NCBI GenBank assembly: GCA_937625935.1
Contig: OW569344.1
Location: 620,001 to 684,000, forward strand
Length of the DNA: 64,000 bases
DNA from: Tetramitus jugosus
Taxonomy: Eukaryota; Protista; Heterolobosea
Direction: 5' to 3'
The notes beneath the pieces are model-generated. The model worked only from the letters and a program-made list of their open reading frames with translations, was not told the DNA's origin and ran no database searches. This document shows positions 11,730-25,711 of the stretch, piece by piece. How positions within the stretch are numbered: the first letter of the stretch is position 1; every line of letters starts with the position of its first letter. The position numbers were made by a program, and so were the translations under genes.

Positions 11730-12698
11730 ATGGACTTGGGCCTAGACGATGATGGGCAAGAATCAGAAGAGTTGATCGAATTCGGGTATAATAGCATGGA
11801 TAGAGGGATAGAAAGCTACATAATCAATGATAGAGAAGATTTATATCCACAACAACAAAATCCAATGACCACTGAAGATCTCCTCCAATCTAGTTTCTCT
11901 ACTGAGTCGCACAACAATAGAAATGTCTCAAACGAGACATCTGCCATTTCTTCCAATTCGAGCTCTAACTCGATTCAAATCATGGACTATTCAGATGTAC
12001 TGACAAATGAAGACGTTTGTTTATCAGAACATCCATACTACGATCCAGAGACGAATGAAATGAGACAGTATTATGTCGTGACAGAGAGCTTGGACTATCT
12101 GACTCGCATAGGGCTGAAACAAGACGAGTTAAACCTTGCATCAAGAAATCAGCGTATTGATTTTCATCAAATCGATGAGGATTCTTCAACTAATTCTTCC
12201 TCTGATTTGCAATCTCATCGTCCAACCGCAAATCATAGTCATGTAACATCATCATCAAGTCACTCTAACCAACAAGCTACATCCCCTTTACGAGATTCGC
12301 TTCGTCCAGTGTGGTTCGAACGAGATGGTCCTTCTTCATCATCATCGCGACAACCACCAGAACTCGTTTATCATAACACTTTTATGCCTTCTCCCTCTCT
12401 GGCGACAAAAGAATATCGCTGGTATGACAATGATCCGTCTGTCAAGAAGCACGCAGCAAAGAGGCGGTGGATTTATGGACCAAATCGAACTAATGAAGAC
12501 ACCTCAGGAAATTCTTCCAGTTCTGGACAAGCATCTTCTTCGACTCAACCTGCCCAGAACGAAGGTGCTCTGCCGAACGATAAAGAACCTGCACAAGAGT
12601 CGAACAACCAAGAGCAAAACGCAACAAACAACAAAGGAATCAAGAAACGGCCCAGGAAAAAGCTGGACTATACTGTGTTCAGGTGGAGTTTGAAATGA
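11730..12698 (+). CDS. Hypothetical Ser-rich protein with basic C-terminus
   Basis: 322-aa ATG-initiated ORF; no family recognised. Confidence 0.55.
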   Translation: MDLGLDDDGQESEELIEFGYNSMDRGIESYIINDREDLYPQQQNPMTTEDLLQSSFSTESHNNRNVSNETSAISSNSSSNSIQIMDYSDVLTNEDVCLSEHPYYDPETNEMRQYYVVTESLDYLTRIGLKQDELNLASRNQRIDFHQIDEDSSTNSSSDLQSHRPTANHSHVTSSSSHSNQQATSPLRDSLRPVWFERDGPSSSSSRQPPELVYHNTFMPSPSLATKEYRWYDNDPSVKKHAAKRRWIYGPNRTNEDTSGNSSSSGQASSSTQPAQNEGALPNDKEPAQESNNQEQNATNNKGIKKRPRKKLDYTVFRWSLK

Positions 12699-12788
12699 AA
12701 CGCGAAAGATCTTCTGATCAAAAAAAATGTAACAAACACAATACAACGAAACAGATTTTGAATTTTAACTATACAACATTGTTGAATT

Positions 12789-13223
12789 TTAATTCCGTCT
12801 TCCTTCGACCAAAATGATATGGTAGCCGTGAGGTGACTTGCATGTCGTAATTTCTCCCACAGGGCACAGGAAAGCTGCGTCTTGGAACGCGCCAACCATT
12901 TTACCGCGCCCAAACCATCCCAAATCTCCGCCCTTCTTACCAGAAGAGCAATCGCTGTATTGTTGCGCCAATTTGGAGAATTCTGCGGCGGGTACCTTAT
13001 TTCCCATATCTAACCAACCTTCTCTGAGCTTGATCATGATTTCATCACTCTTTCCCATCTTCTCACACAAAATGTGTTTTGCCTTAATTTCTTTACAAGT
13101 GCCCATCTTATCACCGCCACCACTGGAGGAACCTCCCTTCTTTTCCTTCTTGGAATCTCCACTACCGCCAGATTTCTTTGCTCCTCCCTTGGATGCGGAT
13201 GCTGCCGCTGGTTTCTTTGCCAT
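12789..13223 (-). CDS. PIN4: Parvulin-type peptidyl-prolyl isomerase Par14
   Basis: K/G/S-rich N-terminus, HILCEK, GGDLGWF.RG.MVG.FQDAAF, GYHIILVEGR. Confidence 0.93.
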   Translation of the reverse strand: MAKKPAAASASKGGAKKSGGSGDSKKEKKGGSSSGGGDKMGTCKEIKAKHILCEKMGKSDEIMIKLREGWLDMGNKVPAAEFSKLAQQYSDCSSGKKGGDLGWFGRGKMVGAFQDAAFLCPVGEITTCKSPHGYHIILVEGRRN

Positions 13224-13379
13224 TTTCTTCTTCTATTGTTGTTTTTTCAATGTTGTTTTTTGTCGCTCTTTTGTCTGATTTGAAACACCGATCACAGCGG
13301 ACAAACGAATGATTATTCTCCGGATCCAAACAAAAAAAATCCAAGCTTGCAGCAATAACCAACAACCACAAAATATCGC

Positions 13380-16300
13380 ATGACGACCAACAACAAAATG
13401 CGATCATCGTCATCACCATCACAAAGATTAAGAATTCACTTCTTACTTGCTGTTCTGTTGTTATGTTGCTTCTTCACTTGTCAATCATTTGCACTGTATG
13501 AAGAAGATGCAGGAAAACAGGACTGGTACAAGGAAAATATGGGAAGAGTCAATCAAATGCTCCTTCCATCTCAACAACAACAACAAAAGTTACTCATTGT
13601 CAAAACGAGAGAAAATGTTTTGGCTGGTGTCAAGCTACGCACTGGAGCTATTGGTATGTGTGAAAATGGAACAATCAAATTTTTTTTTGTTTAGTGTCTA
13701 TGTCGCTTTTGAGTTCATTGTGTTGCAGAACAGTCATTGTTGACAAGTATCTTTTTTTTCTAAAATCTTCACTACTGTTGTTGTTGTTGTTGTTGAATGA
13801 TTGTATGTTGTGAATTTTGTGTGAAATTGTGAATGTAATGCTAGCATGGAGAAGATTGTTTGGAGACAATGATCGATTGGATCAATTGAAGCGTGTGTCT
13901 GATCAACAATTCGTTACATTTTCATCGAATTGTACCAATGTGAGATCATGGGACGAAAATGGATTGCAAATGTGGCAAATGAAGACCACTCTACCATCAT
14001 CATCATCATCATCAGATGCATCTTCCGTGTGTGACGCAATTCCGTTGACCATCAATCAACAATTGCACGTTATTCTCATGAATGCTCATTCTGTTTATAG
14101 TGTCAATGCTGCCACAGGTGCCATTGCTTGGCAATATCAGAGTCCTGCTTCTGTTTTGTTGTCTGCTGCGATCAAAGTCGATAGTGACAACAAATCCATT
14201 AGAGTTCATGGATTCAAATTGAATGACAAGCATGTGATTGAGCAAGTCATTCAAACAATTTTGAATGTGGAGAGCGGAGCTGTTGTGAAGAGTTTGGAAT
14301 CAGCAGAGATCAATGTTCGACCATTGGGTCAATTGAGTGATTCTGTAAGATCATTGCACAATTCTGTTCACATCTTGTCAAACGAAGGATTGTTTTCAAT
14401 TGATGCAGAGAACAATGAAAAGCCAACAAGTCAAATTTTGTTCAAGGTATGCACTACTTTTCATTTTGGAAGATGATGATGTTATTGGGCGAATATTTGG
14501 TTTGAATTTGGGCATTGATTGACTGTTGTTCTTCTTGTGTTGTTTTTTGGTTCTTTTTGATGATATACGTATTAGGATGTCAATATTTCTGGCACTGAGA
14601 ATGTTTCATTCGGTAGTGATGACAGCTCATTTATTCACTTGAATGAACAATCAACTCAAAGATCATATCGATTTGGAATTGATGGATCCAAGAGTGGAGA
14701 GTTGGTCCTTTTGGAGACCTATGAACCAGCAACTCGCTGCTCTGTGTCTGCTTCTCTCGATGGAGTATTGTATATTGCAGAGGTATCAAGCCAGACAGAG
14801 GAAGCCCATGTAGTTGTCAAGAACAAAGATGGTAAGCCAGTGCATGAGTTCTCATTTGCGAGACCACAAGTTCAACACGGCTTCATTGATGTCGTGTATT
14901 TGCAAGCATTTAAGAATGATGATAAGACATTGGGATTCAGAGTTGTAATCGTTTCTGAGGATGACTCTCTGACTGTTGCTAAGAAGGATAAGCAATCATG
15001 GACTAGAGAGGAGGGTTTGGCTGCTATTGAGTCTTCCCAATTCATTAACTTGCCAAGAAAGTTAGGATATAAGCCAAGAACAACTGAGAGCACTTATGTT
15101 TATCGCATTCAATCACAAATCAATCAGTTGATGAATATCGTTCCAACAATTACAGACTTTGTGTCATCTCTTATGAATCCAAAGTCAAATAATGCTACTG
15201 AAGCTGATTTGTTATTTGAGGACCACTTTGGATTCCAGAAGTTGATTTTGACTAGAACTGCCTCTGGAAAACTATTTGCACTGCATTCTGTCACCGGAGA
15301 GATTGTGTGGAGCATTTTACCAAAGAGTTTGATTGGCAACAGAAGATCAATTGCTGCTTCCAGTGTGACAAGAACTTTTGTCATTAGACAGCAAGAATCT
15401 GGCGAAGAGACTAGTGTTGCTCCAGAAATTGTAGCTCTCATTGCAGAGGGATCATCTTCTACAATTGTGAGATTGAACGCATTGCAGGGAACTGTCATTA
15501 GTGCAGAAGAGTTGCCAGCGCCATTCAAGAGTGCTATTGTCTTGCCAATCACCGAAAAGTTGTCCCTCTATCATCCATTGCTCATCTTAGACACCGATAT
15601 GAATGTTCATGTCTACCCAGACAAAACAAGAATGAGATCAACATTGACCATGTTCAACCAACAGATTTACTTTTACACTAGTGATGAGGCTACATCTACC
15701 GTCACTGGCTACTCTTGGTCTCCATCCTCAGCAAGTAGTAAGGCCGTTCCAGTCTGGACATCCAAGTTCGAAGGCAAAATATCCAGTATCAGTCCAAATA
15801 CCTCCCCTCAAAATGAGCACATTTACTCGTCTGTTATCATTTCTGGAAAGAAGGTGCTCCACAAGTATTTGAATCCAAACTTGTTCCTTGTCTCCTCGAT
15901 CGAATCACTCGAGGATTCCAAGACTCTGCACTTGTACATGATTGATAGTGTGACTGGTCGCAGAGTACAACATGCAACATTTGAGGATATTGAAGGTCCT
16001 GTCAGCACTCTCATTGACGACAATGTCGTTCTATGCCAGTACATGAGCGCTAAGCCAAGAAGACCACAATTGACTGTGTTTGAACTGTTTGTCAACAGCC
16101 CAAGCGACCAAGATGCATCTTTCATCCGTTCTGTCATTGACAGATTCTCTACTCAAAAGCAACAGGTGATCGCCTCTCAGGACTTACAAACACCCGTCAT
16201 GCTCCAAGCTACTTACATTCTTCCATACGCTGCCCGAACCATTGTTCCAACCAAGACATCCATTGGTGTGACATCCAAGGAATATCTTTTGGCTCTCACC

Positions 16301-16678
16301 AACGATCAAATCATGCAGTTGAACAAGAAGGCTGTTGATGTGCGAAGACCAAGAGCTGGAATGCCAATCGATGAAGAGTTGGTCCCATATAACCCATATG
16401 TGCCATACTCTACCTTTAACATATTAACTTATAATCGCACAGTCTATCATGTGAATCACATCCATACGGAGCCTAGTCGATTGGAGTCGACCACTCACGT
16501 CTTTGCTCACGGTATTGACAATTTCTACAGAAGAATTGCACCATCCAAGCCATTCGATTCCTTGGAAGAAGGATTCTCTCATACGCTCTTGCTGCTCACC
16601 ATTACTGGTGTCATCTTGTTGACCTTGGCCGCCAAGGTGTACTCTGAAAAGAAGGCTCTCACTCAACTTTGGCAATAA
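13380..16678 (+). CDS. EMC1: ER membrane protein complex subunit 1, multi-exon
   Basis: ALYEEDAGKQDW, WTREEGLA, DHFGFQKLI, KYLNPN, LESTTHVFAHG.D, PSKPFDSL plus C-terminal TM. GT-AG introns near 13653 and 14447. Confidence 0.93.
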
Positions 16679-16788
16679 AATTGTAGTTCTTTGAACTTGT
16701 GAACTTGTTCCTTGTGGAACGGTTCACTTTTTTTGTAATTTGAAACCAAAAAACGAAATAAGGTCAGAAAAACAGTTCATCATTTATC

Positions 16789-18747
16789 ATGCTTCGATTG
16801 GCTGCCCAGAGAGCGCTGTTTCGCCCTCCAATGCAACAACATCGATTGTTGTTGAATTCCATTCGTGGATCTACTCCCATTTCTTTGTCAAAGCCTTGTT
16901 CTTTCCACAGGAACATCCCGCATACCACCAGTGATGGCAGCAGTTCTGCTGTTGCTGATTCTGCTCTGAAATCTGCTGGCAATGAATTTGTGGCATCAAA
17001 CTTGTTGTCTTCAGCAGCAGCAGGCAAGAGTGAACAAGAGGATCCGCAGACACATGCGTTTGTTTCTGCTATGTTCACAAAGACTCTGGGAACTGAAGTA
17101 CCTCGCACGGAGAATGGTGCCATTACGAATGCAAGCTCCCAGGATGCACTGGTAGATCTCTTTTTTCACATGGTTGAGCCAATTGGATCGGCAAAAATTG
17201 TTGATTTGTTGAATAAGGCATGGGCACAAGATGCTGTTTGCTGTTTGAAGCTCATCTTCCAATTGAAGCACGTCAAGAAGGGCAAAGGAGAGAAAAGATT
17301 GTTCTATCAATGTATGAAATGGTTGTTGTTGAATCATCCAAAAACAGCTCTGGCCAATGTTCACTTGATTCCAGAGGCTGGCTACTGGAAGGACCTGCTG
17401 TACATGTTAGATAAGATCAAGAAAAAGAAGAAGAGAACGATGGAGAGTGCATTTGCAGACATTCCATACTACAGAGAATTGTACGATTGTGTCGTTGACA
17501 TGTTTGTTGAGCAATTGAGAAGCGACAAGGACAAATTAAATAGTGGAGTGAAAGTAATGTCTATGGCAGCAAAGTGGGCCCCAAGGTAAGTATTGAACAA
17601 CAACTAGTGTTATTATAATTAGTTTCATCCAATATGAGTAATGTAATTACTTACACTTACATCTTACGAATGGCTTAGTATCAAGCACTCGTTTGATAAG
17701 AAGCTGGGAATTGGTAGTGCCATTGCAAGAAAGTTGTTCCCGCAGAGTGAAATGTATGATCCCAATGCTACATATGCAAAGTATCTTCATATTGCACATG
17801 TAAAGTATCAGAATGAGTATTTGTCTCCTTTGAGGGCATCATCCGGTGTGATCGAGATACTCATGTCTGCCAAGAAGTGGAGTGAAATCCCTTATGAGAA
17901 TGTTCCATCCGTATGCATGAAAAACAACTCCAAATGGTTCCTTCGCCACGACGAGACAAGGTTCGAGCAGTATTTGAACTCTGTTCGAACAGGAGAATCA
18001 AAGATCAACGCTGGTGCCATCTATCCACATGAAATTGTAGAACAAATGATGTCGATTAAACACGATACAAACAACAACCAAGCTCTAGAGCTTCAGTGGA
18101 AAGAGATTGTGAGACAAGTGAAGAAAGAAGGAGTGTTGACAAATTGTCTTGCTGTGTCTGATGTTTCTGGATCCATGAACGGCACACCAATGAACGTGTC
18201 TATTGCTTTGGGTCTACTTGTTTCTGAAGTTGCCCAACCTCCGTTCAATAGTATCCTTTGCACATTTAGTGAAAAGCCAGAGTTCTTCACTGTGCCTGAT
18301 TTACCACTTGAACAAAAAGTGAAGGCTATAATGGCCATGGATTGGGGATGCAATACAGATTTTCAATCTGTTTTTGATATGATCTTACAGAAAGCAATTG
18401 AAAACAAGCTACAACCGAATGAAATGGTGAAAACCATATTTGTATTCTCTGATATGGAGTTTGATGAAGCGAGTGGGTCTGAAACAGACCTTAGCTTAGT
18501 CAGAAAGAAGTTCAGTGACGCTGGTTATCCAGTCCCTTTATTGGTATTCTGGAATTTGAGAGCATCATTCTCTGTTCCTGCTGTGAACAATGACCCCAAC
18601 GTTGCACTTCTCAGTGGTTTCTCTCACAACCTCCTCAAAATTTTCATGAATGGAGACCTCGATCTGAAGCAGGGCATCACTCCTTCTCTTGTTTTGAATC
18701 TAACATTGGATGATCCTTTCTTTGCTCGAGTGGTTGTTGTGGACTAA
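16789..18747 (+). CDS. DUF2828 / vWA (TROVE-related) protein with mitochondrial-type presequence; intron 17586-17678
   Basis: TENGA, LVDLFF, GYWKDL, AAKWAP, DVSGSM MIDAS motif, TDFQSVFD.IL, FSDMEFD, FWNL, LSGFS. Splicing joins WAP-SIKHSFD in frame. Confidence 0.85.
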
Positions 18748-18776
18748 TAAAATGGTAATGTCAAAGAGCTTGTTTC

Positions 18777-19151
18777 TTACTTGTTGATTTCATTGTCAGA
18801 CAGCCTGGGCAGGATTTGTGCTTCTGCTGCATGTTCCAACAGATTCCGAACATGCACACGAAGTAATGTCTTCTCAAACTGACTCATCCGTTCTTCTATA
18901 TCTTTCAACTGCAGAAACAGTTCGAAAGTGCAATGGATCGTGGGTAAAGTTGCATCCTGACTGTTCTGCTTCTCAGCCAGGTGAGACAACAATAGCTCGT
19001 GTTGTCTCCGAGAAAGAACAGGTCGAAAGACTGACGAGGCTTTGAGATCAGACTTGTTTCTGACGAGATACTTTTGATACTTGGTGTGAATTCGATCCAA
19101 GCGTTGCACATCTTCATCGTTGAGCTCCACACAATGATCGCTGTTTGGCAT
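18777..19151 (-). CDS. Small hypothetical protein
   Basis: 124-aa ATG ORF preceded by an AC-rich UTR-like leader; no family recognised. Confidence 0.4.
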   Translation of the reverse strand: MPNSDHCVELNDEDVQRLDRIHTKYQKYLVRNKSDLKASSVFRPVLSRRQHELLLSHLAEKQNSQDATLPTIHCTFELFLQLKDIEERMSQFEKTLLRVHVRNLLEHAAEAQILPRLSDNEINK

Positions 19152-19260
19152 CTTTTCTCTTTGTTTTTTTGTGTTGGCTTAGTTTTGGTGGGCAGTGCGT
19201 AAGTGCATAAATAGTTGTTTTATTCTCTCTCATGTTACATTGTACAGTCGTGTGCTTGTT

Positions 19261-22156
19261 TTACTGTGCCAAGTATTGCTCAGGGGTGAGCACGAGTTGG
19301 AATTCTGTAATCTCCACTCCATACTCACAACCACCAACAAACACTTGATTGGTTACTGCATTTCTCTTGCTGTCACCTCCCTCGACATAAACACCTGAGA
19401 AAACATGAGATTCACTGTTCAATTTGATTAACACGGGACCAGGTGCATACTGAGCATAATCAAGTGGATTACGGTTCATCTTAAATTTGGCAACCAAGGT
19501 CTCTCCCTGCTTCTGCTCAGGATTGAACTTGACATCTTGCAATCTCCACAACAACTTTTGTTGCTGTTGTGTCCATCTACCCTCAGGTTTTGACTGTGCA
19601 GCTAACACATTCAAATCATCGGATTGATGTTCTTTGGTGACTGGTTGGACGAGCACAGACAGATTCTTGAGCGGTGTATCGGGATTGACCTTGTACTTGA
19701 TTAGGAGCGTCATGACTGCATCTTGCACTCTAAACTTGGGCTGGAAGACAATTGGCATTGGATACATGTTCTCTTGGATCTTGTATCGCAAGAGTACGAC
19801 GGGACCCTTTGAAATCTCTTGAGCACCCACCGAGCAATTGAAATTATATTCGTCATTGATTTGACGGCAATACTTTGGATTGCATCGAATACTAGCAATC
19901 TTTTCAGTCTTGGACAAGCTGAGTACGAAATCATGTTGAGTCATACCGTGAGTATGATCAGAGGAGAACGGCTTCACCATCACCTCACCAACAAGTTGAT
20001 ACTTTGTCCGATTTGAACCAGTGTACACGACTTCAATCTTCTCCTTCACAGCAGCAGTCAAATAGATGACCTGGGCTCTCTCCTCGAATTTCTTCAGAAT
20101 TTGACTTGGATCAAATCCTTGCATAACCACTGGTGGTTGATTTGTATTGGCTGGCTGTGGTCTCTTTCTTGGCTCCTGTTGCGTCTTTGGCTGAGTTCTT
20201 GGAGGTGCAAAAGTCAAATTAGCGTTGAGTTGTGGTGGTTGAGGTGGTGTGAACGATGGCAGCGTACGGTTGTTATTCTTGTTCAGATCAACGTTAGTCG
20301 ATGTGACTGGAGGAGTTGGTTTTCCTAACAGGTCATCCAAATCGGAAAATACTGGATTTTGTACAGGTTTTGGAGGCAAATTGGATAGTGGAGTGGGTTG
20401 CAGTATACTAGACGAATCTGTAGCAGAAGCATCAAATCCACTCAACAAATCGTCCAATGATATTCCAAATGAATTATTGTTATTGTTTCGACTCGTGTAA
20501 TTTGCAGGTGAATCCATCATGCTGCTCGAAGATAAACTGTTTCTACCATTTGTGCCGCTCGTGTATACACTCGTATTTGTAAACGTGTCACTGCTCTCGC
20601 TATTGTCATGACTATCGGTATCCACTTGCAACAAACTAAAGTTGCTATCCAATTTCTTTCTCTCGTTTTCCTTCTTGATCGCATGGCTCGGTGGTTGATC
20701 AAACATTGACAATCCTCCATTATTCACAATATTCGTATTATTATTCGCATTGTTACTTGCAAGAATGGGTTGGAACGTGGGTGTCACAAGTGTTCCAAAC
20801 GTGTCGTCCAACATTTCCAAATTGTTCTTTGTAAGCGATGAGAGTTGCTTGAGTCGAGCACTCGACAATCCATTGTCTCTCTGATGATCCAATTGTGTTT
20901 GACTTCTCGTGCGATGATAGTGTGGCAATGGTTCATCCGTAGGTGCTCTGTTTTTGTTTGTTCGCAAGCATTTTCCAATTGACACGTACATATACATGGA
21001 TATCGAATAAAAATATAATAAATACATGACACACATAAAAACAACAATACACAATGGTCAATCATCAACTTGTCATCAACAAACAAACCACAAGAACAAC
21101 AACAACAACAATAGTAGTAGCTCTTGAACAATTCAACAAAACAAATAATCACGTACGAAAAATCTTGTCCAAACTGAGACAAAAACAACTCATTGTCACT
21201 GGCACTCGTATCCAACTCACTCGTCTCAAAACAAAACTTTTCCAAAATTTCAAATCTCTTTTGATGAACACTCGCCTGTTTCCTATTCTCACTCCACTCT
21301 GTATTAATGTTTGACATTTCAGTCATGCTCATCATCATTGCATCATTGTGTTTTCGTGCAGATGATGTCATGACTCCACCAATCATACTACCACCACTAG
21401 TGCCCTTTTTTCCCATGGCCATGCTTGCTGTTGTGATGGCGGCAGGTCGATTGGCCATGGAATGCATTGGACCAGTGTCCGACAGTTTACTCTTGGACAC
21501 AATATCCAATTCCTTGGTTGGTTCCTTGAATGTGTTGCTCTCGTGCAACAATTCTTCTAGTGCGAGCATGACTTGACCATATTTTCGATAGACTGCACCA
21601 ACAGATACCTCTACGCCCTTGCACGTCTCAAACAAAATACTATCATCATCACCATTTGAATTATCATTGTCATCATTTGAAACATCATATAGAGATGAAA
21701 AAAAAAAGGAAAAAGGCATAAATGAGAATGAGCATGATGCATAGAGAGAGAGACGAAAAAGAGAGAGAAACAGATAGGATACGGTACCGTTTGGCATGAT
21801 TGATACATCTCAGTGCATCAAACGGATAATCATTGACTGAACAAACAGCAACGACATAAATTTCGTTCAATAGCACAAAAACAGAACGAAACCGGTTCAA
21901 TAGCACAACGTCACCACTGTTGTTTGTTTGTTTTTTTTGACAAAAAATACATGTTAGTAAGCTGCTGTTGATGATGATGATAAAGAGAGAGAGCTAAGAT
22001 GTGTGATTCATACCGAACATCAGTCACTTTTTGAATATATTTTCCAAATTGTTTGGAGATGAGCAATGATTGGTGAAGCAATAGCTCATCACTAGAGTGT
22101 AAAAATAGGTTGAGTCGAGAGCGTTGCTCTTGAACGAATAGACATAGAACGCCCAT
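19261..22156 (-). CDS. TCUP: TSET/TPLATE complex medium subunit (TCUP/TML-like): N-terminal TUP domain, Pro-rich linker, C-terminal muniscin mu-homology domain; multi-exon
   Basis: RFRSVFVLLNEIYVV...ETCKGVEVS....RKYGQV.LALEELL resembles plant TML (RFRVVYRLVNSIYVL...ACRGVDVT....RKYAEIY.ALD). C-terminal AAVKEKI...GEV...SKPEGRW.....LLW fits a mu-homology domain. Confidence 0.75.
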
Positions 22157-22937
22157 TATTATTGTTGTTGTTGATGTTGATAGTGATGATCAAAAAACTT
22201 TCTTTTTTTTGCAATGGATTATTTTTTTTGGTGTAATGTAACAAATTAAGTTATCAAATCGTGAGCTCTCTTCTATTGAGAATAATCAACAAGTACTTGT
22301 ATCAATGTCTGTGTAGGCTGTTGATTGCTGCGTGGATAATGACAGACTTGTGAGCTTTCGTTCTTGCTGGCAGGAGAAATCACCGGACAAATCAAGAAAT
22401 TCGGAATAATATCGCTTGGAGTGGGAACTGGTGGGTCAATACAATCAAACATTCATGGGTTCACGCACTGCCTGAAACATTGAATGTTCACACAAGCAGG
22501 CTTGGAGTTGATAAATACTCTCTTGAACAAGAGAAAGAGGTCGCTGAGCAGAAGAGAATCGAAGAACGCGAGAGAAAGAAGAACAAGAGAAAAATAAGGA
22601 AGAGGCAATCCAAAATGATATTCAACCACAAGAAGACTTTTGAATTTACTGCAATCTTCTTGTTTTTGTAACCGATGAAAAACCAGAATCAAACTCACTC
22701 GCCATGCCTTCAATCATTGATCGCGCCAACTTTCCTTTGCTGCGGAAAATAATTATTCAATGGTTTTGTGCAGTCGGATCTATTATGCGAACAAGAAATT
22801 CAGCCCCGAAATCGAATTTTCACACATTCAGAGTATTCAACAAGCTCTCCGAGAGCTCACTGTTTCAAACAACAACCAAAAAACAAACAACAAAACAACA
22901 ACATCAACAACAACAACAACAAAACCTACTAACAACA

Positions 22938-24832
22938 ATGGCCAAAAAACCAACGACAAAAAAATTAACAAAGAAACAACAAGAACAACTTGCTAGACAA
23001 CAGCAACTCGAGGAAGAAGAACTCGCAAGACAAGCCGATGAAGAAGCAGAAGAAGAAGAAGAAGAATCTGTTCACATTACTGCGACTGGTAACTTGACCA
23101 GTCATCCACTGTCTATGGATCTCAAATTTGAGCATTTTTCCATTTCCATCACATCTCCACACAGCACTCAATCCGTCGAGTTGATTGATGACACTGATTT
23201 GTGCCTGAACAGAGGTCAGAGATATGGTCTGCTAGGTCTCAACGGTTGCGGAAAGTCTACTCTGCTAAAGTGTCTCGGAAAACGCATGGTTCCCATTCCA
23301 AAACAAATTTCAATCTTTCATTTGAGTTCAGAGGCCAAACCAACAGACAAGACCTCATTGGACTATGTGTTGGAGAGTGTTGACAAGGAGAGAGAGGCAC
23401 TCACAGTCGAATTAAACAGTGCAACAGTCACTGTAGAGAGACAAGAGTTGATTATGGATCGGTTGGACGAGTTGGATCCAGAGTGGGCCAAACCAAGAGC
23501 AGCCAAGATTCTTTTTGGTCTCGGTTTCACAAAGGATATGCAAGCCAAACCAACAAAGGACTTTTCTGGTGGTTGGAGAATGAGAATTGCGTTGGCAGAA
23601 GCACTGTTCAGAGAGCCTGATTTGCTCTTGTTGGACGAGCCAACGAATCATTTGGATATGGAGACTGTTGTCTGGCTGGAAAAGTATTTGAAAGAGTATG
23701 AAAAGTCATTGGTTCTCATTTCTCACTCTCAAGATTTTATGAACAGTGTGTGCACATCCATTATTCACATCAAGGATCAACGATTAACCTACTATGGAGG
23801 TAATTATGACACGTATGAGAAGACGAGAAGAGAATTGGAGACGAATCAAATGAAAAAGTATCAATCTGAACAAGATGAAATTGCAAGAATGAAGGACTAC
23901 ATTAACCGTTTCGGTAGCAGTTCCATCAAGTTGGCAAGACAGGCCAAATCAAAGGAGAAGACCTTGGAAAAGATGGTTCGTGGAGGTCTCACTGAAAAGG
24001 TGACTATGGATCGTGTGTACAAGTTCCGTTTCCCAGAAGTGGCCGATTTGCCACCACCTATTCTCCAGTTTACTGAAGTATCATTCCACTATCCAGTGAC
24101 CGAAGCCAATCCAAATCCAAAGCAATTGTTTACGGATTTGAACTTGGGTGTCGATCTGGATTCAAGAGTCGCTCTCGTTGGTCCAAACGGTGCGGGCAAG
24201 GTATGTTTCATTCAACTCTTTTTTTTTTTGTAATTTCCTTCCACTTTTCACATACTGACACACACGCTTTTATTGTTTACAACAAACAGTCAACTCTGCT
24301 AAAGCTCATGGTCAAGAAGTTGCAACCAACATCTGGACAAACATCGCATCACAGTCATTTGCGTATCGGATGGTACCATCAGCATTTGGCTGAATTGTTG
24401 GACGAGAACATGACTCCATTGGATTGGATGTTTAGAGAGTTCCCTGACATGTGTGAGAACAATTCACAGGGTATTGAAGCCATGAGAAGTCAAATTGGTC
24501 GTTATGGTATCACTGGTAGACATCAAACGAGTCCAATTAAGACCTTGTCCGATGGTTTGAAATCCAGAATTATTTTCGCATGGTTGGCATTCAAGGCTCC
24601 GCATATGCTCTTCTTGGATGAACCTACGAATCATTTGGATATTGAAACCATTGATGCACTGGCAGAGGCCATTAATGAATTCGAGGGAGGTCTCGTTCTC
24701 GTTTCTCACGACTTTAGATTGATCAATCAAGTTGCAAAGGAAATTTGGGAAGTCAAGGACGGAGTTGTGCTCAAGTTCAAGGACGGCATCGATGCTTACA
24801 AGAAGAAGATTGAACAAGATTTGAAAGACTAA
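22938..24832 (+). CDS. ABCF2: ABC-F family ATPase (ABCF2/Arb1-like); intron 24201-24289
   Basis: Two NBDs ([28 protein letters not shown]; GPNGAGK|[15 protein letters not shown]), no TM domains. Confidence 0.92.
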
Positions 24833-25711
24833 ACGCAATTATGCAAACATTTATTATCCTATTTGTTATTTCACACATGTGCTCGTTGATCCATGCTAGA
24901 TGATTCAGAATCGCCTTTTCGACGTCATTATTTAATGTTTCATGCAACACAAAGCCAGCCACCCTTTCAACACATGCACCACCATCTATTCGCTCAAGCA
25001 CACGACAACCCTTCCAATACAATGGACAGAAAATGGCCAACCATCACAAAAGTGCTTCTCTAACGAACACCATCAAACACCACCACAACAAAAGCAAACA
25101 ACAAATGGAGACTGCTGTGCACGTGCAACGAACCAACTGTATGTAAATGCCTTTGTGAATCCAAGCGAAAAGCTATGCTTCAAAGGATCACCAATTACAT
25201 TTCAATTTACACGTAAATATTTGAGGCAGTGTAATCACGAATGACGAAAAAGCTTTGATTCATTCATGTTCTATGCTGCCTCAATTTTACAACTATACGC
25301 ACATGCACGCACAATCACCTAATTGTAGCTTGCTATTTGCTGTTGCTATGCTCATAATGATCGCATCACAAAGAAGATGTCTTTTGGAGATCAAAGCTTT
25401 TTTCTCTCTGCCAATAAATTGACATGTGCGAACAAACGAGCATGAAAAAAAAGAGTAGCTAACCAACATGTTGTGTGAAACGTCATTATACACACAAAGG
25501 TGTACAATAAGATTATAGAAAATTCAGACCTTTTACTTCATGTCATCATAATCATCCATTCAATGGATCAACGCTCACACACAATCATAAAAAACAACAA
25601 GTTGTCTCTCGATGACAATGTTTGCGCGTTTTGTCTGCAAAGAGAAAAAATTCCTGAACTTTCCAATTTCCACCTCATCAGAGTAAAAGCTCACAACAAG
25701 AAAAAAAAAAG

